NCBI GenBank assembly: GCA_013239625.1
Contig: MU056000.1
Coordinates: forward strand, 8,862,970-8,926,969
Source of the DNA: Lama guanicoe
Lineage: Eukaryota
Reading direction: 5' to 3'
Length of the DNA stretch: 64,000 nt
Shown piece after piece: positions 48,791 to 61,407 of the stretch. The notes under the pieces were generated by a model. It was not told the origin of the DNA and searched no databases. It saw only the letters and a list, made by a program, of their open reading frames with translations. The translations under genes were made by a program, and so were the position numbers. The stretch's first letter is position 1. Every line of letters begins with the position of its first letter.

Positions 48791-50619
48791 ATAACTCAGG
48801 ATGTAAATCTATATCGTTCTGTTGTGGCTAGAAAGTTTAGAAATAAGAAAAATGTTTGAAAATAATTCTCACTTTTAAGCTGCTTTTGGAAAAAGAAAAA
48901 GAGCTATTGATTGATCGATTTCCTTTCCCACTCACAGCATTTTATCAAAAATAGCCCAGCTGGCTGGATATGTGGAAGTTCACTTCAAAATATGTTATAT
49001 TTCCCCTTATTCACATGAAGCTACTTACACTGGTTCACTGCTAACAAATCAAAAACTGGTCTCAGACAGCCAGTCAGCCAGAAAAATACTTGCTTTCCTT
49101 TTTTAGCCAGAGACTAAGGGTATGGGATATTGATTCGTCCATACAATCCAACTAAATCATATATTATGTGATGTAACAAAATGTAAAGGTATCTCCTTTA
49201 GGTACAAATCTTGTGGCTCCTCAGGTGACATCAGAGTCATTTCCATCAATTGTTGTGGAAAGAGATATTCTATCATTACAATAGTAGATCCGTTGCCTGC
49301 AGGATAATTATGAGTGTGGACCAGTCATGTTTTCCTCCACAGCAATTAATGGTGCGTGATCACAGCAGTTAAATTCCTCCTACAGCCGAATGCAGGAGTG
49401 AAGTAAGCCTGTCTCCTGAAGTATCCAGAAGGGCAGTGAAGGGGGTTGGGGAGAGAAAGAAAAAGAAACAGAAACAGAAACAAAAAGAAAAAGAAAAAGA
49501 AGATGAGGAAGCATGAGCTGGTCCTTTTCCAAAATCATCTATTATAGAGTCAGAGATACTTTGTGCTACGTCTGGGGCTTCTGGCTTTCTCTGTTTCGTT
49601 AACTTGTTTATTCAGGGTAGATTCAGGCCCCCAAGAACCATGATAAGTTTGAGAATTAAATTCAGGCAGCTCAGTCCAACCACACTAAAAATACCCCCTG
49701 CAGGAAAAATGTCTTATTCTCAGATAGCCACATTCTTTTATAAGGAAGACTTTTCCAAGTCCTATTGCACATCTAAAAGCCTGTTGTTAATGTTAAAACT
49801 ACAGTTTACTGTGGTTTTGAGTTTAAATGTACAATTAAAATTATTTCGAGAAACTGAGTACCAGAAACACCACTTAATTCCTATTAAAAAAAATAAAATT
49901 TGAGTTAAAAGTACCTTGAAGTTATTAAATGAAGCTTAGTGTCCATCTTTTAACATTATTATTGATTGTCACACTGAATGATATTTTAAATGTCTACATT
50001 GTGGTGGATAAAGGCGTTAAATACAGCAGTGTTTTAAAACTTCAGCTACTAGATAAATTAATTCTAGCTCACAGACTGTCATTAATTAAACTGTGGAAGT
50101 TAAGTAGGACATAAGGATTCTAACAGAGAAAATAAATCTATTGTAAAAAGGCCAGATGTCTGTAGTTTTACTCACAGAAGAGTTTCTGTTTTCTCTTTAT
50201 GCCTTATTAGCAAAATTTTATAAGAAGCACGAAGTTTATCCTTCCGAGAGGTACAAAATGATCACTGCCTTAAAAAGATTGGGCTGAGAAGGATTGCACA
50301 TCACCACTCACGCCAAGGCTTGAAGTCCCGGTAGTAAACACTACATCGGCTGATTTCCTCCCCGGAGGTAACGTGGGATTTCAGGTCCCTGGGCAGAGGT
50401 AAGAAAGTATCTAAAATGAGTGTTAAGACGGGAAGATCATCACTCCTTTCTGCTATTCATGTGCTACCTTCTCTGGATCTTAACTCCATCTCTTGTGAAA
50501 TGGAAATTTGAAAGAACTGAAATATTGTATCTGGGGCTTAACTGATTACACAATATTGAGACTGCAAGTATAACTGAATGTAAAATTAACAGTGGAAAAG
50601 AACAGCGAAGAATCGATGG

Positions 50620-50728
50620 GCGTGGGGGCGTAGCGTTGTAGCTCAGTGGCAGAGCGCAGGCTTGGTGAGCACGGAGGTGCAGGGTTCAATCCCCAGTACC
50701 TCCGTTAGGATGAGGGGCGGGGGAGGAG
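50620..50728 (+). mobile_element. tRNA-derived SINE (camelid Vic-1-like), GC-shifted
   Basis: A box TAGCTCAGTGG (50639-50649), B box GGTTCAATCC (50683-50692), followed by ccagtacctcc. The tail is G-rich rather than A-rich. Confidence 0.8.
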
Positions 50729-50849
50729 AATTGAATGAGTCAAGAGCCAAAGTGTTCAAAAAGTGACTCAGGTGGCCCTGTCCCTGCCACAGTGCTCAGG
50801 GAGCTTAATGTCCCAGCTCTCAGCATCCTGATCCTGTCAGTGCTCCAGC

Positions 50850-51400
50850 CCTCCACCCTGCCTCAGCCTTCCACTGCCAAGGTCATTATTAATAACTGAA
50901 TATCCTCATGAAGAAGCAGCCAGAAAGAGATTACATCAGCTCCTACCACAGCTTCCCACCTTCCCCCATCTGCATTTGTGTCTGAGCTCACTACCTGGTA
51001 GCACTGGATAAAATGCTTAGGAAACTCCTAGGACAGAACAGCACCTTTGTTCCAGCTCTCAAACCTCCTCACCCAGTCATGCACAGGGCACCAGCATCGT
51101 TATTGTTCCCCCTCTCCTAGATCACTTCTACCAGCATATAAACCGCTGCTATTTTCCAATCTTAAAAACATCCCCATTGGTACATAGTTTTACAATTTCT
51201 ATGTCTTCCCAGTGCCAGATCATACCAGCTTGATGTTTTATCAGAACCAAGTGGAAAATTCCAGTTCCGCTAAAGGGAGAGAGAGGGTGCCCTTCTGCAC
51301 CTCCATCATCTGTGTCACTCCTGAGACTGCTCTGTCTTCGCCATGTCATACTCTCAGATTTTGCTGGCAAGATGCTCAAGGTTTAAATCAGGACCAAGGA
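50850..51400 (+). mobile_element. L2 fragments
   Basis: C/T-rich L2-like motifs (cacctttgttccagctc...ccagcatataaac...ttttccaatcttaaaaa). Confidence 0.45.
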
Positions 51401-51717
51401 AAGTGACCTATCAGTAAAATAGTAAAACTTGATCAATAACAATGAATAAATAATCAAAAAAAATTTTTTAAGGTATTATAATGAATTACCTGAATGTCAG
51501 CTTGGTTAATTGCTAGTCGATGTGCTCCAAATTGACTGACTCCTGTTCTTGACTTAACGGGCCTGTCTACCATCAACAAAGCAGCCAGTTTGTAAGGAAA
51601 ACTGATACGAAGACATAGGCAAATCTTGGCCACCTCTGAGCCTCCTGCTCAATTTCTTTCACTTTTCCAACATTAAATTCAATCTACAAAGAAAAGCATT
51701 TTCTCTGTTTATAAAAT

Positions 51718-52035
51718 ATGGGTGCATCCCGAAAGAATTATGTTGAGTAGAGGAAATCAGACACACAAAAAACATACTGTATGATTGCATTTACATAAAA
51801 TTCTAGAAAAAGCAAAACTACATAGATAGCAAGCGAGTGAGTGATTGCCAGGGGTTTTGTGTGAAGAAGGGGGTTGTCTTCGAAGTGTCAGAAGTGGACT
51901 TTCTGGATGATGGAAGTGTTCTGTCTCATGATGCAGTGGTGGTTATACAACTGCCTACATTTAAAAAAAAATCATTGCATGGCGCAATTAAAATAGGAGT
52001 ATTTTATTGTGTATGAATTACAACTCAATAAAAAG
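51718..52035 (+). mobile_element. L1MB/L1ME 3' end
   Basis: attatgttgagt...catactgtatgattgcatttacataaaattctagaaaaagcaaaact...tttattgtgtatgaattacaactcaataaaa. Confidence 0.85.
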
Positions 52036-52454
52036 ACCAAAAGAAGTGTTTTATCAATTACATGTTTTCTGTATACAGTTGGTCCTAATACTGGAGTGGA
52101 ATTAACCTCCACTCCAGCATTAAAAAGATCAGTGTCCCACACTGAAAATATAAAAACAGAATACTCATCTCTTGGTCAAATAACACATATATGTCTATTG
52201 CACCTCAAAGAAGAGGTTTACAATTGGTCTATATTTTACAATTTAAAAAATCATCATATAATGACAAGGCAAATCCAGTATATAAAATACACATTCATCA
52301 TTTTAGTTTTTATTATATTAGTAAGAATATTTTACTAATTATCTGATAATGTTCTAAAAATAAGGATTCATCCTTGTATTTCTCAAATACTTAAGACAAA
52401 ATATTCATACAAATAATATCCACTCAAATTTCTAAAATTCAGCTCCACTTGGCA

Positions 52455-53925
52455 ACGGTAGAAAAAGCATCTGACAACTTCCAGCATCCAATAATGATAA
52501 AGTCTCTCAGCAAACCAGGAATAGAAAGAAACTCCTTCAGCAAGATAAAGAGAATCTATATAAAACTGGCATCCAACATCATAATTAATGGTATACTTTT
52601 TCCCTAAGATTAAGGACAAGATAAAGATGTCCCCTTTCACCATTTCTATTCAATGTCATAATTAAAGTCCTGGTTAATGCAATAAGAAAAGTTATACAGA
52701 TTAAAAAGAAAGAAATAAAACTGTATTTATGTATAGGTAGCATGATTGTTTGTGTAGAATATACAAAAAGATTGATAAAAACAAACTCCTGGAACTAATG
52801 AACAATTACAGCAAGATTTTAAGATACAAAGTTGATGTATTAAAGTCAATCACTTTCTTGTATATTAGCAATGAACATTTGTTATTTGAAATTAAAAGTA
52901 CAATACCATTTACATTAGCAAAAAAATAAAATACTTAGGTATAAATCTAACAAAAATATACAGCACCTATGTTAGGAAAACTACAAAACTTGGATGAAAG
53001 AAATCACAGCAGATGTAAATATGTCCCTTGATCATAGAGTGGAAGAGTTAATATTTTTAAGATGTCAGTTATTCCCACGTTGATATGTAGAATCTCCCAG
53101 TCTCAGTCCACAACCCAACAAGCTACTTTACCATACAAACCACGGAATCTCAAGTTTACACGGACAGGGAAAAGACCAAGGAGAGCAACATGAGAATATG
53201 AAAATGAATATACGTATGTTCCTATGTGACTGAAATATTGTGCTGTGCACCAGAAATTGATACAACATTGTAAACTGACTATACTTCAGTAAAAATATAC
53301 TAAAAAAAGAAAGGAACTAGTAAACAAAAAAAAGAGCAGCAACATGATATTGAAGAACAAAATTGAAGGATCATCACTACCTAACTTCAAGACTCAGCAT
53401 AAAGCTACAATAGCAGAACAGCATGGTATTGGCAAAAAGAGAGAGGCAAACAGATCCACGAAATAGAATCAAGAACCCAGAAATACACCCACACAAATGT
53501 AGTCAAATGATCTTTGACATAGGAGTAAAGGCAATTCAAATGAAAAGTGTAGGCTTTCAGTAAACAGTGCTGAGAAAATGGGATACCCATCTGAAATGGA
53601 AAAGAATTTAAACATTGCTTTTATACCTTTCATAAAAATTAACTCAAAAAAAGAATCAATCATAGACCTAAAATAATATAAAATAAAAAACCCCATACTA
53701 CCTCTGGATGATAACACAGAAGAAAATCTGGGATCTTGGGTTTAGTGTTGAGTTTTTAAATAATACTGAAAGCACATTTCCATGCAATAAAACAATGATA
53801 AGTAGAATTTTATTAAAATTAAAAAATTTCTTCTGTGAGGAGTTTGTTATAATAAAAAGGCAAGCCCAGATATGGAGAAAATATTTGCAAAAGACGTGTC
53901 TGATAAAGGAAGTGTATTCAGCTAT
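52455..53925 (+). mobile_element. Old L1 ORF2 fragment (RT to C-terminal region), degraded
   Basis: gaaaaagcatctgacaa...aaaatacttaggtataaatctaacaaaa...catggtattggcaaaa...ggagaaaatatttgcaaa. Many stops and frameshifts. Confidence 0.9.
53194..53337 (+). mobile_element. Short young camelid-type L1 3' end inserted into the older L1
   Basis: tgtgactgaaatattgtgctgtgcaccagaaattgatacaacattgtaaactgactatacttcag plus A-rich tail. TSD agcaacatga (53184-53193 and 53338-53347). Confidence 0.88.
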
Positions 53926-55119
53926 TCTTTCCACTGAAACGGGAAAACCCACACTACCCTACGCAGTCTGGAAAGGCTCCACTAAGTTACAAGTAAGTTG
54001 CGAACCTAGAATACATACCAAATAGACTTGAAAGATGATCAGAAACTTCTCTCTTTTCAAAAGATCCAACCCTAATAATAATTTTATCCTAAAGGAACAT
54101 ATGCCAATCAAAGCTTGTCTGAAATTTTCTCCTTTTACTCTTGAAAACTCACTGTTCTTTGAAATCCTTCAAATCTTTTTGCCTAAAGGCAGGTGTTAGC
54201 AGCTGACTCCCTTACCTCTGTAAGCTCAGAATTAAGGGCTTTTCATTAACTCTCTAATGTAATTTTAGCCCTTTTGACAAGAGCAGCTAAGGAGTGTGTA
54301 AAATTCTGCTCAAGTGTGCACTGCATTTTTAAAGTAATCTTACGGGCTTCCTTATTAGCTTATGAAATTGTAAATTTCCAAAACACAATGGCCTTAGATA
54401 TATTCCTCATTTTAAGAGTGTATATTATGTCTTTTAAGGGAGTTATTTGTACTTAGCTCTTTCAACTCATGGTTGCAGGTTAATTAAGGAGTTGAAAGGA
54501 GAGTATGCAAAAATTTCACCTCCTGCGACCTATGTGGTAATAACATTAAGTGAAAAAACTCCACAGTTAAATAAATATTCTAGTGAACGAGTCCTTTAAA
54601 ACAAACACTAATAATTCAGGTTTAAAATGAGCCCTTTGAATTATTTAAACAAATAGCAAGTGTTTCAATATTACAGAAATTTTCTCTCAATTAAAAGGCT
54701 AATTATACAGGAACTTAACTTCATGACACCACAAAACATAGTAGATACAGGTCACACTTAATTTCTTTGAACTGGTACACAATGGATACAAGAGTTATTG
54801 CTTATCTTTTCTCTCTAAATAATTAAAATATTGTTACAATATGTAGTATTTCCAAAAGCAATAGCACTGATCTTTTCGAATACTTGTAATTTTCCTCAAA
54901 AACAAAACAATCGGAGAAACCACGTCTTCTCTGACTTCAACTGTATTTTTAATTAAACTTACATGAAAGCTATTTTGAATTTATGAGAAATAATTTTCAC
55001 ATCACTGAGAAGAACGCTTTAAATTGTCTTTAGATTTAAGACGATGCCATTGGATTGCCATTTGCAAAAGAAATTTCAATGAAATAGAGGAAAGAGAAAT
55101 AAGACTGGTATATAAAGAG

Positions 55120-55175
55120 GACTGAATTGGAAGTGAGGAATTGGAGACCGAATTGGAAGTGAGGAATTGGAGACT
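55120..55175. repeat. 26-bp tandem duplication
   Basis: gac(t/c)gaattggaagtgaggaattgga twice. Confidence 0.95.
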
Positions 55176-55511
55176 TCATGCTATTTTTTATTTGCAAATG
55201 CTCCTGTTTTAGAGGTGAATAATACACTATGTTGTAACGGAAAAGAATGTAACGTAAAGCCTGAATAATGTTAAAATGGAAGCTACTGGGACAATGTGGA
55301 AGCAATGAGTTAGTAGAAAGTGGCCAGGGAGTTTTGAAGGTCCATTATGGGTAAGATAGGTTTTACAACACCAATCAGATCTACTAAAGGCTTTTTCCAG
55401 CAGGATTCTGCTACGTAAGGGCCTTCACAAAGGACACATATGTCATTGGGTCACTTAAGGATGGGTATTGAATGTGCAAAGAACAGAAGAAGAAAGGGGA
55501 AATGTTGGAGG

Positions 55512-56385
55512 TATGCATTAGGTTTCCGTGGCTGCTGTAACAAATTACTACAAACTTTGTGGCTTAACATGCATTATTCTCTTATAGCTCTAGAGGCCAG
55601 AAGTCGCAAATCAGTTCAGCTGGCTGAAACCCAGGTGTCGGCAGGTCCGCCCCCTCTGGAGGCTCTAGGCAGTAACTCTTCCTTGCTAATTCCAGACTCT
55701 CATGACATCAGCTATTTCTTGTGTCTGCATCACTCTGATCTCTGCTTCTGTCTTCACATCTTCCCTGTGTGCATCACGTCTCCTTCTACATTTCTCTAAT
55801 TAAAATACTACTCGGCCATAAAAAGGAATAAAACAATGCCATTTGCAGGAACATGGATGGACCTGGCAATTGTCATTCTGAGTGAAGTAGGCCAGAAAGA
55901 GAAAGCAAAATGCCATATGTTATTGCTTATATGTGGGATCTGAAAAAAGGGAGACAAGTGAACTTATCTACAAGACAGACAAGACAGACATAGAGAACAA
56001 ACTTATGGTTACCAGGGGGGAAAAGAGGTGGGAAGGGATAAATTGGGAATTTGAAAATTGCAACTCTGGGGAAGTAATGGAAATGTTAGCTAACTTGATT
56101 GTGCTGCTGGTTTCACAGGTGTAGACATTTATCAAAATTCATCAAATTGTACATCTGAAATACATGCAGTTTACTGTATAGGAACCATACCACAATAAAG
56201 GTGTTAAAAATTAAAAATTAAAAAAAAAACAAACAAACCTGTCATTGCATTTAGGGCCTACTTGGATAATTCAGGATAAATTTCTCACCTCAGGACTATT
56301 AATTTATTGGCAAAATCCCCTTTTCCAAATAAAGTTACATTTACAGGAATTGGGACTTTTTGACTTTGGCGGCCATTACTGGGTA
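55512..56385 (-). mobile_element. MaLR LTR (MLT1C/D-like), split by an L1
   Basis: ggctgctgtaacaaattactacaaact...ctctggaggctctagg before the L1, and cctgtcattgcatttagggcc...ttccaaataaagttacatt after it. Confidence 0.85.
55801..56237 (+). mobile_element. L1 3' fragment, apparently chimeric (young ORF2 end/3' UTR start plus older L1MB/MC-type terminus)
   Basis: aatactactcggccataaaaagg...gggataaattgggaatttga up to about 56062, then ...ttgattgtgctgctggtttcacaggtgta...caataaaggtgtt and a poly(A) tail. Confidence 0.8.
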
Positions 56386-58281
56386 CTTGAAAGAAAGTAG
56401 GTTTTAATGATGAAACTCTGATGGAGCCCAAGATAGGTAAAAAGAAGAAAGAAGAGGATTGCTATGCGGAGAGGAAGTAAGCTGTTAACAGTATCATTAA
56501 CGTATTAAGGGAGCAGAAAACCAGGCTCAAAACCACACAGGCTATTTTGATTTATGTTAAAATATACAAATATTAATGGGTATAGATGTATCTATAATAT
56601 ATCACACAGATTTGTTAACAGTGATTATTTCTTCTTGGTTTTGTTAGGTTGATTTTTATTTTATATTTATATAGATTGTGTTATCTCCATATTTAGCACA
56701 AACAAAATGGACTTTTTCAAAAACCTACATTATTCTATCTCATATATGAAGACTTCTTGACTTCCCATTGACTCAAATCATATTTACTTAAAATATTTAG
56801 GATAAAATATGGCCCTGCAGATTAATCAGATTAATCAGTGGGGTCAGAATCACAGTCCTTGGTAAACAGAGGTCTGGGTCTTAAGTAAGAACAACACTGG
56901 CTTCTTAAACATGAGAGTTTGTCATTTTAGAATAAAACATCATATCATAATAAAAACTAGTGGATTTGAACATCAATAATCAGACAGTGGAGGAAGTAGG
57001 TGTTTATATTGTCAAAAGCTTGGCAAATTATTTTTACTAATTTAAATCCTCCTTCAATTGCCATCTCTCTCTTGATCTCAGCGGGAGTTGGGGTAAATGG
57101 GGGCTTATAAGGTAACTAAAACTGTTCAGATGAAAGGGATATTAGTGTAAACTACTAATTAGCAGTATAATTATAAATGGTTTCAACGCTAAGGTAGATT
57201 TTGGCATCAGAAGATGGGAACACGCAATTTGAATATAAAACTATCAAAAACATTTAGTTTGGGAAGCATTTTAGGAACATTGGTGAAAAGGCATTGGCTT
57301 GAAGTGGTGTTAGTCTAATTCTTTTTTAAAATCACAGAAGAAAGTATTCAGTGACCCAGAAAGTATGTATGTATGTTAATTTGGAGCCATATCGATCCAA
57401 GGGAATGAAATTGAATGACAAAAGTGTCTATCAGGTAAAAGACAACATAATTAAACTGATTTCCATGGAAACATAGAGGATGGACTTTAGCAAGGCTCAT
57501 TATTGACAGGTTATATTTGGAAAAAAGACTATTGCATTAGCATGTCCCTCCATCGTGATTGCATATTGATGATACTAATCTGTTTGCTTTTCAAAGACGG
57601 TGCATATATGCTGAACGCCTGCCGTTTAGTTTTCTCATAACTACAAAAAGATTTGCACTGCTGACTTACGAGTATTATGTGGTTGTGATGTAGATAGCTG
57701 TCATGAGATAAAACTGTCAAGGCCCACATTATTTTTTTAATGTATTATTGCCCTTAAAGGCTCTTATTTGTTGTTTTACAAAATGTTAACAAAACCTCAA
57801 AGTGACAATATCCCCATTTCTTTTAAATAAAATGTTCTGATCGCTCGCAGGCTCTTGTCTCTGAATTTATTGACATTTTAAATTCAAATGTCAAACTTAA
57901 TAGTGATAGAAGAGAATGTTTTCAGAGTGAATGGAACAGATGAACTTTTGAAAGTAGATTGTGGCCAGTGGGTTAATAAACTGCAGGAACTTGGGGGTGA
58001 CTTTGGGCAACATAATTTTACATAAAATAATCAGAACAACGAAGTCTGCTTTTAACATAGAAAAGTGACTTATTCTCAGTTAATTCCACCCAAATATATT
58101 TTCTCTAAAGTGATGAGTCTGCATGAGATCACTGTTACTTATTGCCAGCTGAGGTATAAAGATACTAACACAACAAATATTTCAAAGAGGAACAGGATTT
58201 TTATCTACATTTGTGCCTGTGGTTGTACTTCGCAGACTGTAAAGTGTATAGGAAAAGCCATGGAATTATTTCTCTGAATAC

Positions 58282-58358
58282 TTCTAGGTTGGGCCCCAAG
58301 ATTCTGCAGTTCTAAATGCTGCTACTGGTTCACAGATCACGTTTTTGAGTAACAAAGC
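58282..58358. mobile_element. MER5-family fragment
   Basis: ctaggttgggccccaagattctgcagttctaa...tgctactggttcacagatcac...tgagtaacaa. Confidence 0.5.
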
Positions 58359-59099
58359 CCAACAGTGGATCGAAGCCAGTTGTCTTTGCACAACAGAGTG
58401 ATTATCAGATACAAAAATCGTGGCAGTGGAAGCGTATGACTATAGAAAGCAACTTAGAGCATGGCTTGTAGACAGTGGGGAGATCTTGCAGATGAAGTAA
58501 TCTACATAATTGTCAGATTAAAATTTTTACTATTTTTAGGTATAATTTCTTGAGCATTGATTTTTTTTCTTTTAAATTCCTTTAAAACAATATCCCTGGT
58601 ACAAATAAACACAGTCCAAAATTTTTTAAAGAATGAATGCTTTCTATTGCTTGTAAGGTGCACATGTTGAGGTGTGAAAAAATACAAGATTTCCATTCTA
58701 TACATGCCAATTGTAAGGTGCATGATGCTAGACATAAATTGATCTCTCTTTTTTCTTCTGGAAATTGGAAAAAATAGGTTGATATGCAATTTTTTAAAAA
58801 AAGTTTGTCAAATGCATCTTTTTAAAATTGTATCAGTGTAAATGAATGTAAGCATTTGGGGTATTTTAAAATGTGGGACACAACATTGTAAAATGATTAT
58901 AAATCAATTAAAAATGTTAAAAAAAGTGTGGAAATTAGTCATGAAAATCAATTTAAAAGTGTCTCTGAATATACACAAAATATACTATAATGGTAATTTT
59001 TGGATGCTTCTAGGCAAATATTGTAAGATATATGTATATATACCTATATATAAATAGATTGTTTTGAAATGAAAGAGAAAAAAGTAAGTCACTCAGAAA

Positions 59100-59305
59100 G
59101 AGATAGCACAGTAGAATTGTTAAAAATTTGAGCTAACTTCTTGCCCTTTTGCAAGTTATTTAACTTCTGTGCCTCAATTTCCTCTTTTGTAAAGCAGGGA
59201 GGAGCAATTCTATCTGGCTCAAAATGTTGTTCTGAATATTAATACATGCAAAAGGCTAAGAACAGTGTCTGGCAGGTAATTTCCGAGTAAATGTTAACTA
59301 TTATA
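59100..59305 (+). mobile_element. MIR
   Basis: gcaagttatttaacttctgtgcctcaatttcctcttttgtaaa...agaacagtgtctggca...taaatgttaactatta. Confidence 0.8.
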
Positions 59306-61088
59306 GTCTGAAGTTTTGCTACAGTTAAAAATTATCTTTGTGAAGGATCAGTATTTCCAAATGGTACTTGGGAATGACTTCGGGAACATTTTATAGGCCC
59401 TTCAAAATCAGTGTGCTCAAACCTACCCTTATTAGGTCCAGCATTAATATTCTTCTCCATGTGCTGACTGTCAAGTCCTCTCAGCTACTAAACAAACAAC
59501 CAAGGAAACCTTTGACCAAGCACAGACAGGACTATTAGACCTAATGTAGTAACACAAAACACTGCTTTGGCAGAATATCAATGCAGTCTCAGAGTGGACA
59601 GTTTGGGAAAAGCTACCCATATTGACTGAAAGATGGGAAATAGATCACAATTGGACAGTTAATGGCATATTAGTTTAGGATTGATGGATACAGATGGAGA
59701 GAGGGCGGTTAAAGAAAACCATGATAAATAAACTGCTGCCTGATAAGCAAGCTCTCTGCCCAGGTGAGCAATCTATTGTCCAAAAAAGAGAGCTCATGGC
59801 TCGGATGAAAAACTGTCTCAATTAATTTTCTGAAATGTTATGAAGCAAGCAGGGGAAATATTTATGGGGTACAACTTTAAATACTTGCCCAAGGGTTTCA
59901 CGGAACAAGTGGTTATGCTAATCTGACAGAGGTAGTGATCTTAAATCTCATGCCTCAAGCTCTATTCTGAATTAATGGTATGGCTACTTCCTAGGTGACA
60001 AAAACTAAAGCAGATTATAATCCCAAATTTTCCCTTGTCTTCATTCATATGCCCAACATAACATCAGCCATCTATCAGCTATTTCTTGAACGATATTCTA
60101 ACCAAGTTTCCATGACTGGACTACCACAGTGTCTTCTTAATTTTTCCTTACTATCAATATTAACATCCCCTGAAACAGTGTTTAAACTATCATTAGAATA
60201 TAATTGTAGTATTATCACTCTGTTGTTTAATACCCTCCTTGTGTACAGGATAAAACACATTCTTTTTGTATATAAGCTCTTATAATTTATGTAATGGCCA
60301 GTTTTAAAGCTTTAACTTCTCCGTATGACTATGGTCATATGGGTACCTGCCACTGTCAATCTGTCTTTTTCTTTTTTTCTTTTGGACCTCTGTTCCTAGG
60401 GAACTAAGCTATTTCCCAGATGTGCTCAGGCCAGTAACTGTAGGCACCCATATTGTGAGAAATAGCATTACTATAATGAACCATGCTGTCTTGGCTGAGC
60501 TGAAGCTGAGAGTCGGCTGCTCCTGGAGAGAAGAATTAGATGACTACCTTCCTTCATGTTTCCATTTGTGCAACTAATTTTGACAGAAGTTGGTGAGGTG
60601 GAGGCAAATTTCATCCACCACTGGTGCCAAATCTGATGGACTTTTGTCACACAATAGAGGCTTGGCTGCTTGGCTTAGAGGTCAATGGGGAACCATAAAA
60701 ATGAGTGACCTTAAGGGAATAAATAATCCAGCTGGTCAATAACAATATGTAGTGTTGAGATGAATTCGTGAAATTGCCTTATCTTCATAGAGGTATTGAT
60801 GTCCCAGGCCACTGTCACATGAGGATGGTCACAACACATATGTGTTATAGTTTCAGATCCTGTGTCTCGATAAACCTATTTCCTATGATGTTTCCATCTA
60901 TCATGATCAAATTAAAATCATTTTTCTTTTCGCAGTTGATTTGAAGAAACTGCAAGACACAGATGTCCAGCTGAATGGTGGTTTAACAGTACCAGCTGAG
61001 CCTGGTGAAAGTTCCCCCAGTAAACTCTTGTCCACTTGGTGTCATATCTCTACTGTCTAAAGCAGTCCTTCGGAATCTGTAGGTGCTT

Positions 61089-61240
61089 GATAAACATTTA
61101 CTAAAGAATGGAAGGAAGGAAGAAAGGAGGAGAGAGAGGGAGGAACAGAGGGTGGGGGTAGAGAGGAAGGAAGAAAGGAAGGAATGAAACATTTGAGACT
61201 AGAAGAGGAAAACAAAATTAAGAAGAAAGGCAGGAAGGGA
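61089..61240. repeat. Purine-rich (GGAA/GA) low-complexity tract at the end of an antisense-reading L2-like tail
   Basis: Tract seen directly. It is preceded by gtaggtgcttgataaacattt, which is L2 3'-end-like. Confidence 0.75.
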
Positions 61241-61266
61241 GCTGGCTTATTTAAAAGCCACTTGTT

Positions 61267-61407
61267 GGGTAGGTGGGGTGGTGGAGAATACAGCCCAAAT
61301 GATAGAGAGCATATATGAAATCCTGGGTTCAATCCCCACTACCTCCTCTAAAAATAAATAAATAAACCTAGTTATCTCTCCCCCCAACACCAAAAAAAAA
61401 AAAAAAA
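61267..61407 (+). mobile_element. tRNA-derived SINE (camelid Vic-1-like)
   Basis: B box gggttcaatcccc, then acctcctctaaaaataaataaataaacctagttatctctcccccc and poly(A). Imperfect TSD aaaagccactt/aaaagttactt (61253-61263 and 61404-61414). Confidence 0.85.

Noticed and set aside
50628..50703. Possible tRNA gene
   Set aside because: It has A and B boxes, but I could not form a convincing cloverleaf. There is no oligo-T terminator, and the 3' sequence matches the SINE at 61267-61407.
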